Shown here piece by piece: positions 1 through 12,348 of a stretch of DNA of 64,000 bases (position 1 is its first letter; the number at the start of each line of letters is the position of its first letter). A program made the position numbers and the translations under genes. The notes below the pieces were generated by a model that was not told the origin of the DNA, did no database searches, and saw nothing but the letters and a program-made list of their open reading frames with translations. The DNA comes from the human T2T-CHM13v2.0 reference genome, Homo sapiens. The stretch lies in assembly GCF_009914755.1 (NCBI RefSeq), contig NC_060930.1; one strand, written 5' to 3'.

Positions 1-113
1 GTTTCCTGTGACCTCCCCAGACATGCAGAACTATGAGTCAGTTAAACCTCTTGTTTATAAATTATCCAGTCTCAAGTAGCATCTTTATAGCAGTGTGAAA
101 ACAGACTAATACA
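1..113 (+). mobile_element. THE1D (MaLR) 5' LTR, 3' part, cut by window edge
   Basis: Ends ...ctttatagcagtgtgaaaacagactaatACA, the THE1/MST LTR terminus, and runs straight into MaLR internal sequence. Confidence 0.85.
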
Positions 114-1738
114 GAGTATCGTTACTAACAGAGTGGAGTACTGCTATAAAGGTAGCCTGAAAATGTGGAAACAACTTTGGAACTAGGTAATGGGCAGAGA
201 GTTGGAACAGTTAGGAGGGGTCAGAAGAAGACAAGAAGATGTGGGAAGCTTGAAACTTCCTGGAGACTTGTTGAATGGCTTTGATCAAAATGCTGACAGT
301 GATATGGACAATGAAGTCCAGGCTGAGGTGGTCTCAGATGGAGATAAGAAACTTCTTGGGAACTGGAGCAAAGGTCATTCTTGCTACGCTTTAGCAAAGA
401 GAATGGCAGCATTTTGCCCCTGCCCTAGAGATCTGTGTAACTTTGAACTTGAGGGAGGTGATTTAGAGTATTTGGTGGAAGAAATGTCTAAGCAGCAAAG
501 CATTCAAGAGGTGACCTCACTGATTCTGAAAGTGCTCAGTCATATGCATTCACAAAGAGATGGTTTGAAATTGGAACTTATATTTCAAAAGGAAGCAGAG
601 CATAAAAGTTTAGAAAATTTGCAGCCTGACCATGAGGTAGAAAAGAAAAACCCATTTTCTGGGGAGAAACTCAAGCTGGCTGCAAAAATTGGTAAAATAA
701 GGAATCAAATGTTAATTGTCAAGACAATGGAGGAACTGTCTCAAGGGCATTCCAGAGATCTTCAAGGCAGCTCCTCCCATCACAGGCCTGGAGGCCTAAG
801 AGGGAAAAGTAGTTTCATGGACAGGGCCCAGGTGCCTGCTCCTCTGCGCAGCCTTGGAACTTGGTGCCCTTCATCCCAGCCACTCCAGCTCCAGCTGTAG
901 CTAAAAGAGGCAAATGTACATCTCAGGCCATTGGTTCAGAGGCTACAAGCCCCAAACCTTGGCAGCTTCCATGTGGTTTTGGGCCTGTGGGTGTGCAGAA
1001 GACAAGAGTTGAGGTTTGGGAACCTCTGCCTAGATTTCACAGGATGTATGGAAATGCCTAGATGTCCAGGAAGAAGTCTGCTTCAGGGGTGGAGCCCTGA
1101 TGGAAAACCTCTACTAGGGCAATGCAGAGGGGAAAGTGGGTTTAGAGTCCCCATACAGAGTTGCCATTGGGGCACTGCCTAGTGGAGCTGTGAGAAGAGA
1201 GCCACCATCCTCCAGACCCCAGAATGGTAGATCCACTGACAACTTGCCCTGTGCATGTGGAAAAGCTGCAGACACTCAACACCAGCCCATAAAAGCAGCC
1301 ACGGGGGCTGTGCCCTGTACAGCCAGAGGGGCAGAGCTGCCTAAGGCCTTGGGAGCCCACCTCTTGCTTCACCATGTCCTGGGTGTGAGACATGGAGTAA
1401 AAGGAGATTATTTTGGAGCTTTAAGATTTAATGATGGCCTCACTGAATTTTGGACTTGCACAGGGCCTGTGGCCCCTTTGTTTTGGCTGATTTCTCCCAT
1501 TTGTAATGAGAACATTTACCCAATGCCTGTACCAGCATTATATCTTGGAAGTACCAACTTGCTTTTGATTTTACAGGCTCATGGGTGGAAGGGACTTGCC
1601 TTGTCTCAGATGAAACTTTGTACTTGGATTTTTGGGTTAATGCTGGAATGAGTTAAGAATTTGGGGGACTGTTGGGAATGCATGATTGGTTTTGAAACGT
1701 GAAAAGGACATGAGATTTGGAAGGGGCCAGGGGCTGAA
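114..1738 (+). mobile_element. THE1D-int MaLR internal region with decayed ORF
   Basis: ORF 190-900 has typical MaLR peptides (GFDQNADSDMDNEVQAEVVSDGD, NWSKGHSCYALAKRMAAFCPCPRDL). Polypurine-like gaaggggccaggggctgaa precedes the 3' LTR. Confidence 0.9.
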
Positions 1739-2089
1739 TGATATGGTTTGGCTTTGTGTCCCTACCCAAATCTTATCTTGAATTGTAATCCCATGTGTTG
1801 AGGGAGGGACCTCGTGGAAGGTGATAAAATTATGGGTGCCATTTCCCCCATGGTATTCTTATGATAGTGAGGTAGTTCTCATGAGATCTGATGGTTTAAA
1901 AGTGACAGATTCCCTGCATGCACTCTCTCTCTCTCCTGCCATCATGTGAAGAAGGTGCCTGCTTCCCCTTTGTCTTCTGCCATGATTGTAAGTTTCTTGA
2001 AGCCTCCCCAGCCATGCAGAACTATGAGACTTTCCTTTATAAAATACAGTCTCAGGTAGTAACTTTATGGCAGTGTGAAAATAAATACA
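1739..2089 (+). mobile_element. THE1D 3' LTR
   Basis: Starts TGatatggtttggctttgtgtccctacccaaatc, ends aatACA. Its 3' end matches 1-113. Confidence 0.88.
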
Positions 2090-2109
2090 CTATGTATCCT
2101 GAATACATT

Positions 2110-2530
2110 TAGTCATCAAAATATATGTATCAAAATGTACATAGCAGCACTATTTTAAATGGCCAAAAATTGAAAACAACCAAAATGTTCATCAACACTG
2201 GAATGGATAAATATATATTCTCACCATTGAAAACATCACAGTAATCAAAATAAACAGTCTAGAACTAATCATAAAAATATGATGAATCTCAGAAATATAA
2301 AGTTGGTAGAAAAAACCAGATATACAAAAAGGTACATCCCATGTGATTTATTTATATATTGTTCAATAGGCAAAACTAAAGCATGGGGAAAGGGTGCAAT
2401 AATTAGAAGGAAGCAAGAATGGGACCTATGATGGTTTGGTAATGTTCTGTTGCTTGATCTGGGAGTGCTCATCACATGGGTGTGTTCAAGTTGAGCAATG
2501 TTTTTATCTGTGTAAGTTGGAATATAAATA
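2110..2530 (+). mobile_element. Old L1 (L1ME/L1MC-type) 3' end
   Basis: catagcagcactatttt...aaacaaccaaaatgttcatcaaca...gaatggataaat and ggtaatgttctgttgcttgatctggg resemble L1M ORF2 end and 3' UTR. Confidence 0.6.
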
Positions 2531-2764
2531 TATTTTGCACATGAATCTAATGTCAGTTATTGGGCTATAAATCTCTTTGCTAGGTTTTTCAATTTCTTTA
2601 TATATTTCAACAAAAGCTCATTTTAAAATAACTATTAATAGTAAAATTTTTTCAAATGTGCACAAAGGGAGATAATATGATGAAACCTGTGAACCTATCA
2701 TAAAGCTTCAATAATTATAAGCTTCGCCAATATTATTTAACCTTCCTTTTTCCCTGGTATATTT

Positions 2765-3500
2765 TTAAAGCTCTTTAGTATGTTACAATTGGCTTACATG
2801 AAATTGCATATAATTATTGTATAAAAATTGATAAGTTTTAGCATATGTATACACCCATGAAAACCACAATACATAATCAAGAAATGTAAATATTCCTCAC
2901 CACCCTAAACTTTCTTATGCCTGTTTGGAATTCTCTCTGCTCTGGCCCAACCATACCAGCTACTACTGATTTGCCTTCTGTCACTGTAGATGAAATTGCA
3001 TTTTCCACAGGTTTATATGAATGGAATCATATAGTATGTACTCTTTCTTTTTCTGGCTTCTTTTACTCTGCATAATGAATTGTGACTTACCCATGCTGGT
3101 GCATGTATCAATAGTTCATTCCTTTTAATTAATAAGTAGCTTTCCATTGCATAGAAATGCCAAAATCTGCTTATCCATTCATGTGTTGAGGGACATCTGG
3201 ATTGTTTCCAGTTTGGGCCTGTTAGAAATAAAACTGCTATGAGCACTTTGTATAGACATAGATTTCCTTTTCTCTTTGATAAATACATAGGAGTAGAATG
3301 AGTAGACTATATGGTAAGTGCACATTTAAGTCTATAAGAAACTGACAGGCTGTTTGCCAAATATTTTGCCATTTTACAGCTGTTCAGCATATGAGAGTTA
3401 CAGTTCCTCCACATCCTTGCCAACACTTGGTAAGATCAGTCTTTTATCATTTTAGTCATTCTACTAGGGGTACAATGTTATCTCTTCATGATTTTAATTT
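2765..3500 (-). mobile_element. Old L1M 3' region
   Basis: Minus-strand ORF 3013-3288 resembles the L1 ORF2 C-terminus (NWKQSRCPSTHEWISRFW). Contains ttcctccacatccttgccaacacttgg. Confidence 0.7.
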
Positions 3501-3624
3501 CTATATCCTTAACTTTAAAAAAGTCAACCAAAGATGTGTGGAGAATTTTTATCTAATAGAATATGCTAATGGCAAATAAACACAAGAAAGATGCTCAACA
3601 TTATTAGACATATAATTAAAATAC

Positions 3625-3980
3625 TGTAATATGCCTCCTTTTCAGATTGGCTTCTTTCACTTAAGCATTATGCATTAGAGATTTCTCTGTGCCTTTTCAT
3701 AGCTTGATAGCTCATTTATTATTATTGTTAAATAGTATTTCATTGTATGGTTAAGCCAAAGTTTGCATATTCATTCACCTACTGAAGGACATCTTGGTTG
3801 TTTCCAGCTTTTGGGAATTACAAATAAAACATCTATAAATGTTCACATGTAGGCCTTTTTGTTTTGGTGGATGTAAGTTTTTGAATCTCTTAAGTAAATA
3901 CCTAGGAATGAGATTGCTGGATTGCATAGTAAAACTATGTTTAGCTCTATAAAAAATTGGCAAACTTTCTTCCATAGTGA
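3625..3980 (-). mobile_element. L1MC-type 3' fragment
   Basis: ttcagattggcttctttcactta...cttgatagctcattt...ttcacctactgaaggacatcttggttgtttcca. Confidence 0.65.
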
Positions 3981-4045
3981 ATTTGATATATGGCTTTTAA
4001 ATTATAGAATTCTAAGTATTTTTATCTTAACTTTTTTCCTCTTTA

Positions 4046-4344
<299 letters not shown>

Positions 4345-4373
<29 letters not shown>

Positions 4374-4648
4374 AGCATATATATATAGAATATATATGCA
4401 CAGCATAGATATATAGAATATATATGCACAGCATAGATATATAGAATATATATGCACAGCATAGATATATAGAATATATATGCACAGCATAGATATATAG
4501 AATATATATGCACAGCATAGATATATAGAATATATGCATAGCATAGATATAGAATATATATAGAATGTATAGAATATATACAGAATATATATAGAATATA
4601 CAGAATATATATAGAATATATAGAATATATATATTCTATGTATATATG
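4345..4648. repeat. (TC)n microsatellite followed by a 28-bp minisatellite (ATATATAGAATATATATGCACAGCATAG, 5 perfect copies plus decayed copies)
   Basis: TGCA recurs at 4397, 4425, 4453, 4481, 4509 (period 28), then degenerates to ATATAGA variants. Confidence 0.95.
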
Positions 4649-4769
4649 GTCTTTTATCATTTTAGTCATTCTACTGAGGGCACAATGAGAGTAGAATATA
4701 TTTCATATATATATAGAGAGAGATACACATATATATGTGTGTATATATATGTATATATATCTTTTCATA

Positions 4770-4900
4770 TATGAAAAGCCCACAGCTGACATTATACTCA
4801 GCGGTGAAAAACTGATAGCTTTTCCTGTAAAGATTGGGAACAAGGCAAAGATGCCCATTTCCATTACTTTTATTCAGCATGGTACTGGAAGTTCTAGCCC
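4770..4900 (+). mobile_element. L1 ORF2 (RT region) fragment
   Basis: Translates YEKPTADIILSGEKLIAFPVKIG, similar to L1 ORF2 [23 protein letters not shown]. Confidence 0.8.
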
Positions 4901-5874
4901 AAACAGTAAAGCTCTTGTTTTTTTGTTTTGTTTTGTTTTTACATTTCTTGCTAAGGATTCAGAATAATATAATTTTCCCCATGTAAACCTTGTGGGTTTA
5001 AAGGGTCAGAAATTTAGAGAGGGCTTGAACCAATTACCAGGCACCCACACTGTGACCTGAGGTTCTTTCATATTCCTAAGGACGTGGAGGTTTGCTTATA
5101 TGTGACCAAGAGCAAAGAGGTTTAGAATATTTTAATAACAGGTAGTTCCCAAAAGAGTTATTAGGGCCAGTGGAAAGTTTTCATCTTTTGTCTGCTATGA
5201 CAATTATCTCTCCTAGGTTCTGCTTCTGCTGTAAGCCACTATCATTCTTAAATTGGCCAGAATATTTTATCACCCTTTGAAGCAAACACTTTATAATGTA
5301 AATCATATGCAAACAATATCATTACCCTTCAGCACACCAGATCTATTTCCTCTTATTCACTGGTTTTACACTCAACTCACCTGTGATCTCTATCCTAGGG
5401 TGGAACATCAAGATTTCTAAAAGTAACTGTGGAATCCATTGAAGATTTTATTAGTTTTTGCCAATAAAATAAACTAGTTTGAAATAAAGCCACTGCATCA
5501 TCCAGTTCCATAAATTTTACTTTGCTACATATGAAAGCAGATTTTAGGTGCCTGCTATGAAAAGAAAGGTTGTATTACACCAGTGTGTATGTTCACAAGG
5601 CTCATAATCACATTACATGTGGCATGTGGAAGGTAAATACTTTGCAGCAGCCACCAGTTAGCTCTTTTAAACTTTTGTTTCTGAAAAAAATATTAAATAT
5701 TCTGAATTTAAAGATCTTTAAAATTTCTTATTTTTATTTCTAACTTAAATTTATTTTAACATGTTTTGAAAATTCAAAACTTGAGTGTCACCCTAATAAT
5801 AACCAATTATGTAGACACCCACCTTTATATTAGTTACAATTATTACCAGGGGATTTTATATCAAGAAATAAAAT

Positions 5875-6055
5875 GTTGCTTCCAAATCTTAGCTATTGTA
5901 AACAGTGTGGATAGTGGATTATTTGTAACTCATAAGTGTTTGAGGGGATGAATACCCCATTCTTCATGATTTCACATTTCATGACTTTATCAAAACATCT
6001 CTTGTGCCCCATAAATAGATACAAATTTTTTTAAAAAAAATTTTTAAATAAAAAA
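5875..6055 (+). mobile_element. Short L1MA1/2-like 3' end with an inverted 5' piece
   Basis: 5875-5907 is antisense L1 (gttgcttccaaatcttagctattgtaaacagtg). 5915-6055 is sense 3' UTR (gaggggatgaataccccattct...aaaacatctc...ccccataaat) with an A-rich tail. Confidence 0.65.
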
Positions 6056-6187
6056 TTGTAAAAATGAAAGGTTATATGAATTTGTGAATTGCAGTTCATT
6101 TTCATTTTCTCAAAATATGAAGGCAAGAATATTCATTTTTAGTTAGGCCTTATAAACAAACTATAACCTAGGTAAAATATTTGGTTT

Positions 6188-6410
6188 GTTGAAAAGAACA
6201 ATGGCTTTGCATCTAGGAGTATCAAGTTTAAAGCCTGGTTTTGCTACTTAGCAGTCATCTCTGTTAAGTCACTTAACCTTTCTTATGTTTACATTTCCTC
6301 ATTTGTAAATGTGGATGATGAAAACTACTCTGCAAATACTTTAAACATTTATAATAATATATGTAAACATTGACATAGGGTCTTTGAAAACACTGAAAAA
6401 TACTGTTATT
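6188..6410 (+). mobile_element. MIR SINE
   Basis: Core aagtcacttaacctttct...tttcctcatttgtaaatgtggatgat. Confidence 0.7.
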
Positions 6411-6489
6411 ATATATGTGTTTATAATATCTGAGGTTGCTTATGCATTCTTCAGTTTACACCACTCTTGATAGGTTCGGCATCTTTATA

Positions 6490-6685
6490 CATGGAATGCC
6501 AGAGCTAAAAAAGACCTTAGAAATTATCGAGTTGCCACTAACGCCCTAATTTTTCAGTTGGGGAAACTGTCTGTGTCACGTTAGAGCTATTGAAGGCCAC
6601 TTATAGTGAATTAATGCTACAGCTAGTAGTAGTAGTAGAACTCAAATCCCTGACTCTAATTCCTCCACTCTTTCTACCAGACTGC
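6490..6685 (-). mobile_element. MIR/MIR3 SINE
   Basis: agaccttagaaattatc...tttcagttggggaaactg...agaactcaaatccctgactct. Confidence 0.55.
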
Positions 6686-7471
6686 CAGTACATTTTTCTA
6701 GTTTTCCTATAGAAAAAAAAAAAAATCAGGTGATTAAGTTTTTCCCCTCATAGCCTCCACTCTTTCTACCTAGTAGAATTATGTTCAGGTCACCCAGCAG
6801 GACAGTTGGATATTAGCTAGAAGATAGTTTTGTGGTTGTTTCATTGTTTTGTGTGTTGTGGTCAGTTGAAGCTCAAAGATTACATTTTGTGATGATTTTC
6901 CTATTTTTACTTTTTCTTAAAATATTAATTTGGAAGAATTTAAACATGACGAAGATTAGTATGCCCTCTAGCTTTCTACTGAAAAATTTTTAAGTATTAG
7001 TGATCAATTTTCTAAAATTTCATTTTGACTGAAAATCATGAGAAAATCATGTTGAAAATCTTTTCAACATCTTTAGTGTGGCTCATCTGAAGATAATACT
7101 TTATTACTGTGTGTTTGATTTCATAAAGTTAAACCTGCAATGAAAATACAGTTTGAATGTCCTTTTACTAGAGGAGTCACATTATGTGTTGAGTATTACA
7201 AAATGGCTTTTGTTAGAACCCTATTTCTATTCCCAAAGACCTTGTAATTCTGATACGGGATTGTAAGGCTTCCCATCTGTTTGCTAACTCATTTTAACAC
7301 TTAAAATATCTCAGTATGAGAGAATATCAGTGCATATGAACCTTTTTTTAAGGAGATATATCACAAATTAGATAATCGTTTCCCATTTATAAAGACAGAT
7401 GCTCTGAGAGGTTGATTGTAGCTGTCCTTCTATATCTACCTGTGTGATCATAAAGAGAAGAATTGTGTAAG

Positions 7472-7537
7472 TGTCTAAAACCAGATGGGTTAATGTCTAA
7501 AACCAGATGGGTTAATGTCTAACACCAGATGGGTTAA
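7472..7537. repeat. 22-bp tandem repeat x3 (TGTCTAAAACCAGATGGGTTAA)
   Basis: Units start at 7472, 7494, 7516; one mismatch in the third. Confidence 0.95.
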
Positions 7538-8119
7538 AGAATGTAAACTGAGCCTTACCAGTTTAAATGGGTGACTGTTCTAGCTTAATTCTCCCTATAT
7601 AGTAAATGAGTAAAGGAAATATACTTCATTAAAAAACAAATCTAAGTTTATTAGAGAAATAAAAGCTGAAGAAATTAATATTACCACATTCAAAACATGA
7701 GGATAACACCATATTGGGATTCAGAGAAAATTCAAGTCTACCGTTAATAGTTTGGATCATATTTTCTACATTAACCTTAATTTTGCTAACATCCTCTGTC
7801 TCCAACATATTGTTGAAGAAACACCAGTTGCCTATTAAGAGAGTACAATGTCAATATATAGTTTGCTTACTTCCTAATAGTATCACTGATAGGATTGAAA
7901 ACTAGATCGATGATAACTATTAACATTAATAACATGGCAGAACTGTAAATCATTACAACCAAAAGAGATTGGCATGAGAACAAATGTAAAAAGAGCTTGA
8001 ACAAATGAAATTCTAACAGGTTTTTTTAATGCTTTAATTTTAGCTTCTGAACTGATGACAATTACATTCACCTGAGAAAATGTATAATAGCTCGTTGAAC
8101 CAACCATTTTTAAGAGATC

Positions 8120-8280
8120 TCTGCCAGCAAATAATGTATTAATCTCATTTAATTCTCACATACTCTGTGATAAGCACTATTCTACTTTACAAATAAAGGA
8201 ACAGACTCAAAGAGCTCAAATGACTTACTCAATTTTGTGCATGTAGGATTTGAGCAAAGTCTAATGAACCCTGAAACCCA
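8120..8280 (-). mobile_element. MIR SINE
   Basis: atctcatttaattctcaca...tttacaaataaaggaacagactcaaagag...aatgacttactcaa. Confidence 0.6.
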
Positions 8281-8429
8281 AAGAGTAAAAGTTTGAATTA
8301 TGTGAAGAAAATAACTGTGTGATAGTAAGATGGCAGGTAGTTTAATTAACTTTTAAGTGATAACTTTTTAAAATTCCCCCAAATTTCAGCAAATTGTCTT
8401 GCTATCTTGCACATTATTTTTGCTTTCTT

Positions 8430-8680
8430 TTCTTTCATAGCTAAGCTTCTAGGTTCTAGAACATGTCCTGTCTAGTGTTGTTTTCACTTCCTCACCACCA
8501 GTTTACTCCTCTTATTGCCAACCGTCTTTTGCTTCTGCCATGACTTGAAACTGCTTCATCTGCAGATGAACAGTGATCATTAATTGCTGGATTCTACCAG
8601 CTCTTTTCAATTCTTATTCTTGCCTAACTTGACCTAAGTAGTACTTAACTCTTGAGATCCAACTTCCTCTGGCTTCACCA
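8430..8680 (+). mobile_element. L2 LINE fragment
   Basis: Pyrimidine-rich ttcacttcctcaccacc...tgaaactgcttc...cttcctctggcttc. Probably continues at 9730 after the MLT1 insertion. Confidence 0.45.
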
Positions 8681-8789
8681 GACTGTGGATGCCAATTGGT
8701 CAAATTCATAAGAATAATCTGTATTTTATTTTTATACATTTTATACAGGATTTCTTCTTCCTTATTCTGATTACACCAAAGCTATTTCT

Positions 8790-9285
8790 TTGGTGGAATA
8801 GCTTCTCCCTGACTTAATTGACTTTGGGAGTTGAGTTTACCCAGTCAGACAATCACAGTGATTGGTCTAAGAAGTGGCCAATCTGAGTGAATTGGTGTTT
8901 TCTTTGAGATTTTTAAATAATGAAGCAAAAAGACAAGCACTTCATTTTTCCTCCAGCCCACTAAGCTGGAAAAAAATTCTAGGTCTGCCAGCAGTCATCT
9001 GTCACCACTCCCTCCAAATAGAAGTCTCTCTTTATCTCTCTCTCTCTCTCTCTCTCTGTGGGCGTGTGTATAAAGAAAGCCATTTGCAGATCAACAGAAT
9101 GAAGCCAACACATAGAGAAAGCTGAAACTAGAATTGTAGAGAGAGTAAAAAATGTGCTCTGGACAGAGTATTTGTCCCTGAATCCTTTTCTGTCCATCCC
9201 AGTTTTGTCAGTGACAAAGCCCATATTTGCTTAAACTGGCTGCAGTTATGTTTCTTTATTTGCATTTTGAAGAGATTTGACTCAC
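8790..9285 (+). mobile_element. Old MaLR LTR (MLT1K/L-like) containing (CT)n
   Basis: cacagtgattggtctaag...gaagccaacacatagagaaagc...ttgcttaaactggctgcagttatgtttct...ttgcat. Confidence 0.5.
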
Positions 9286-9729
9286 CTACCTACTACTCAC
9301 TGCTACTGGTGTCCTTCTTAGGCCCTTGATATCTGTAGGAAGGTGATAGTCCCAAATATCCCAGAACACTGGAACTGCTAAAAATGATGGCTCACAGCTA
9401 TGCTGTGATGTGTGAAGGAGTAGGAGAATCCTCTTGGCTCTTTCTTACTCTCTTATCTGGACACGAAAAGAAACAACTGAGTTCTCCTGTTTCAGAGTTC
9501 CTAATGAAGAAAACTTTGGCTTCTGTAGCTGCCTGTCTCTTGATAGGATTCATTTGTGAAGAAAGGCCTCTTTGGCCAAAGCCCTTGGATAAACCTTCTC
9601 ATATACCTCCTACCAGACTCCTCAGAGAGTCCTGCATACATTTGAGTCCCAGCCCTGCTACACAAAATTTATTCTTTTCTCCTTCTTTGAGCAATCCTCC
9701 TTCGGTTTATGTGGCACATTACTTGGTTT

Positions 9730-10150
9730 TATCTCTTTCTTCTCTGGGTTCTTCTTCCTAGGGAACTATAGTCTGTTCTTTCATTGCTTTCCTTTAAAGG
9801 CTATTGTCCCAGGGCTCTATGTTTTTAATCCATTTTTATTTCCACTTGGCCTCCTAGCCTGGCAAACTCATTCTGCTCTATGTTATTAGATACTTCCTAT
9901 AAACAAATATCTTATACATTTTTATCTACAACTCAGATCTCTGTCCTGAGCTCCAGACCCTCAAATTTACCTACTTGCTGTACATCACCTCCTGAGTATT
10001 CTATGAGTACCTTGATTCCACCCTCATTAAAAGTGAGATCATCTTCACCTTCTTTCCATCAAATTCCCCCTCCCAGCAGTAGACCATACAGTTCATTCAA
10101 AACAAAACAAGACTTGAGGGACACATTCTGGATTTTCTTCTCCCTTCAGA
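9730..10150 (+). mobile_element. L2 LINE fragment
   Basis: tttatctacaactcagatctctgtcctgagctccagaccc...tacctacttgctgtacatcacctcctgag. Confidence 0.6.
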
Positions 10151-10351
10151 TTCATAGTCTATGTTTCTTGAAAATGCATCTTTTTCCTGAATATTCTTCA
10201 GCATATTAAGAAAAGCTGGTGGTGTGGGAAGTAAGGGATCACAGATGTCTTTCACATATATTTTCAAATCCCATTTTCTAGATTAATTTTCTTTTTAGCA
10301 AGGAAGCGTTTACATTTGGATCTTTAATTTCTCTCAGTTTTTGCTATAATA

Positions 10352-10493
10352 TATAACCTTCCACTTGTTATATGAGAACACTATAATTTTAAGAGGTATC
10401 TTGCAGATTCTATCATTTTATTTATAACCTTCCACTTGTTATATGAGAACACTATAATTTTAAGAGGTATCTTGCAGATTCTATCATTTTATT
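10352..10493. repeat. Perfect 71-bp tandem duplication
   Basis: 10352-10422 and 10423-10493 are identical base by base. Confidence 0.97.
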
Positions 10494-10519
10494 TTGCTTT
10501 TACTCTTTTTTTTCTTAAG

Positions 10520-10680
10520 ATTCTGGAAACATTTTCCCAATGCTTTTCCTAACTGCTTACACAACCACTTAATATATGGCTTTCCATGTCTTAAAAATAA
10601 GTACTCTTCTGACCAAACTGACCTTCCACCATGCATGGAGGACATGGGTGTGAACCTGAGGCCCAACCCAACTGTATAAG
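10520..10680 (+). other. Candidate exon (unidentified gene or lncRNA)
   Basis: Non-repeat sequence. Long polypyrimidine tract ending ttcttaag at 10519 and possible donor AAG|gtttag at 10680/10681. One frame is open to TAA at 10677-10679. Confidence 0.3.
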
Positions 10681-11201
10681 GTTTAGTGCATGTTATAGTC
10701 CTTTTCCCATCCTCCTACTTCCCCTTGCCATATTTATAATACAAAAATTGGGCAAAAATACATAGCTTATTATTTAACTTTGTTTTTTAAAGTCTTTTTT
10801 TCTACGCACACACACACAGAGAAATGAAATAGGAATAATGTTAATATAAGAAATTCCAGAGGGTCAAGGAAAGGGTTAGGAGAAATAAAAAATGTTATTT
10901 TACTTTGCAATACTTAATTTCATCATTTTGGGTTATGAGGCATGGTGTTGTGGTCTATGAACATGGGACAGAGAATAAGGAAAGTTTCTTAACCAATGCT
11001 GGCTTTGAAAATGAACTCTGTGGGTGGCCATGGACAAATTACCTGATATCTTCATTTCACTTACTTTATGACTTCTAGTCTACTTGGAGATCATTAATTT
11101 GATTGACAGTGCAGCTATAAATAATACACCAAGAGTTAGTTGGAAATCTAAGAAATGCTGAGCTTTTTAGAATCGTAATATATTTAATTTGTTATTGACA
11201 G

Positions 11202-11720
11202 GTCACCTCAAATACCACAAAATGAATGGGAAGATGAACACTATGCAAGTACTCATTAAAAACATCCCAAAATGCTGGAGGAAATGCCGTGGAATTAAGG
11301 AATGACTCTTTTGTGGTAGAAAATTTTTATTTCAGAGTATAGACACTGCTTGTGCTGGGTCTCTTAATTTTACTGGATATTATAATTTTCTTGGACTGTT
11401 AGATTTTCTCAGTGCAACATTTCTGAGAGCAAATATGTTCTGCTCAATTAAATACTTTCTAAAGCTAGATAAATGCCTTCCAGTAAGCACATTAACATTC
11501 AATATGTTATATTTTACCAGAGGTAAAACATTTATATTCTAAAACATTATATTCTAAAATTTTTTACCCCAGGGAAAATAAAATGCCAAAAATCTCAACT
11601 ACCACACATAGCTTTGTAATAAGATCAATGGGCAAATGGAATCAGCTTCAGTTTGCACTAATCCTACATATATGTATTAAGGATATGTGTAATGAACTTT
11701 GGCCATAATAAATTATAACT
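11202..11720 (+). other. Candidate terminal exon / 3' UTR
   Basis: tttaatttgttattgacag| acceptor at 11201; unique AT-rich sequence; AATAAA at 11577 and 11707. Confidence 0.25.
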
Positions 11721-11957
11721 AATTTATTTCATCAGTTCACTACTATATTTCTTTCTTGTTTGCTTCTCCTCTTGTCGTCTCTTCATATTTGGTAGAATAT
11801 ATTTTATTGAATATCTAGTTTCAGATTACCTGAGCTTCAGATTACATGGAATTTTGGACTGTTGAATACTTTTGATTGTGTAGTGGATATAACTAAGCAA
11901 TTTTTTTTTTGGGGTGCATACTTAGAATGTAATTTCTGGATCTTTTGATAGGCATAT

Positions 11958-12348
11958 TGTTTTAGTTTGTTTTCTGCTTCTATAACATAATACTGTAGAC
12001 TGGGTAATGTATAAAGAAAAGAGATTTATTTCCCTCAGAGTTCTGGAGATTGTCCAAGATCAAGGGGCTGCATCTAGTGAAATCCTTCTTGCTGTGTCCT
12101 ATATGGTGGAAAGCATCACATGGCAAGGAAGCATGCTTGTGACAGAGAGAATGAGAGCTGAACTTCATCTTTTTATCAGCAACCCCCTCCAGCAATAATT
12201 AACCCAATCCCACAATAATGGCCTTAATGTATTCATGTGGGCAGAGTCCTTATAACTCAATCACCTCTTGAAGGTCCCACTCTTAATGCTGTCGCAGTAG
12301 CAATTACATTTCAACATGAGTTTTGGAAGGGATATTTAAACCATAGCA
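11958..12348 (-). mobile_element. MSTD-like MaLR solo LTR
   Basis: TGttttagtttgttttctgcttctataaca...caacatgagttttggaagggatatttaaaccatagCA. Confidence 0.85.

Noticed and set aside
190-900. 236-aa ORF, the longest in the window
   Set aside because: Standard THE1/MaLR internal ORF remnant. It drifts out of frame, and homologous pieces recur in the THE1A copy; no sign of domestication
7472-7537. 22-bp repeats as a possible CRISPR array
   Set aside because: Head-to-tail with no spacers, no cas genes, eukaryotic context
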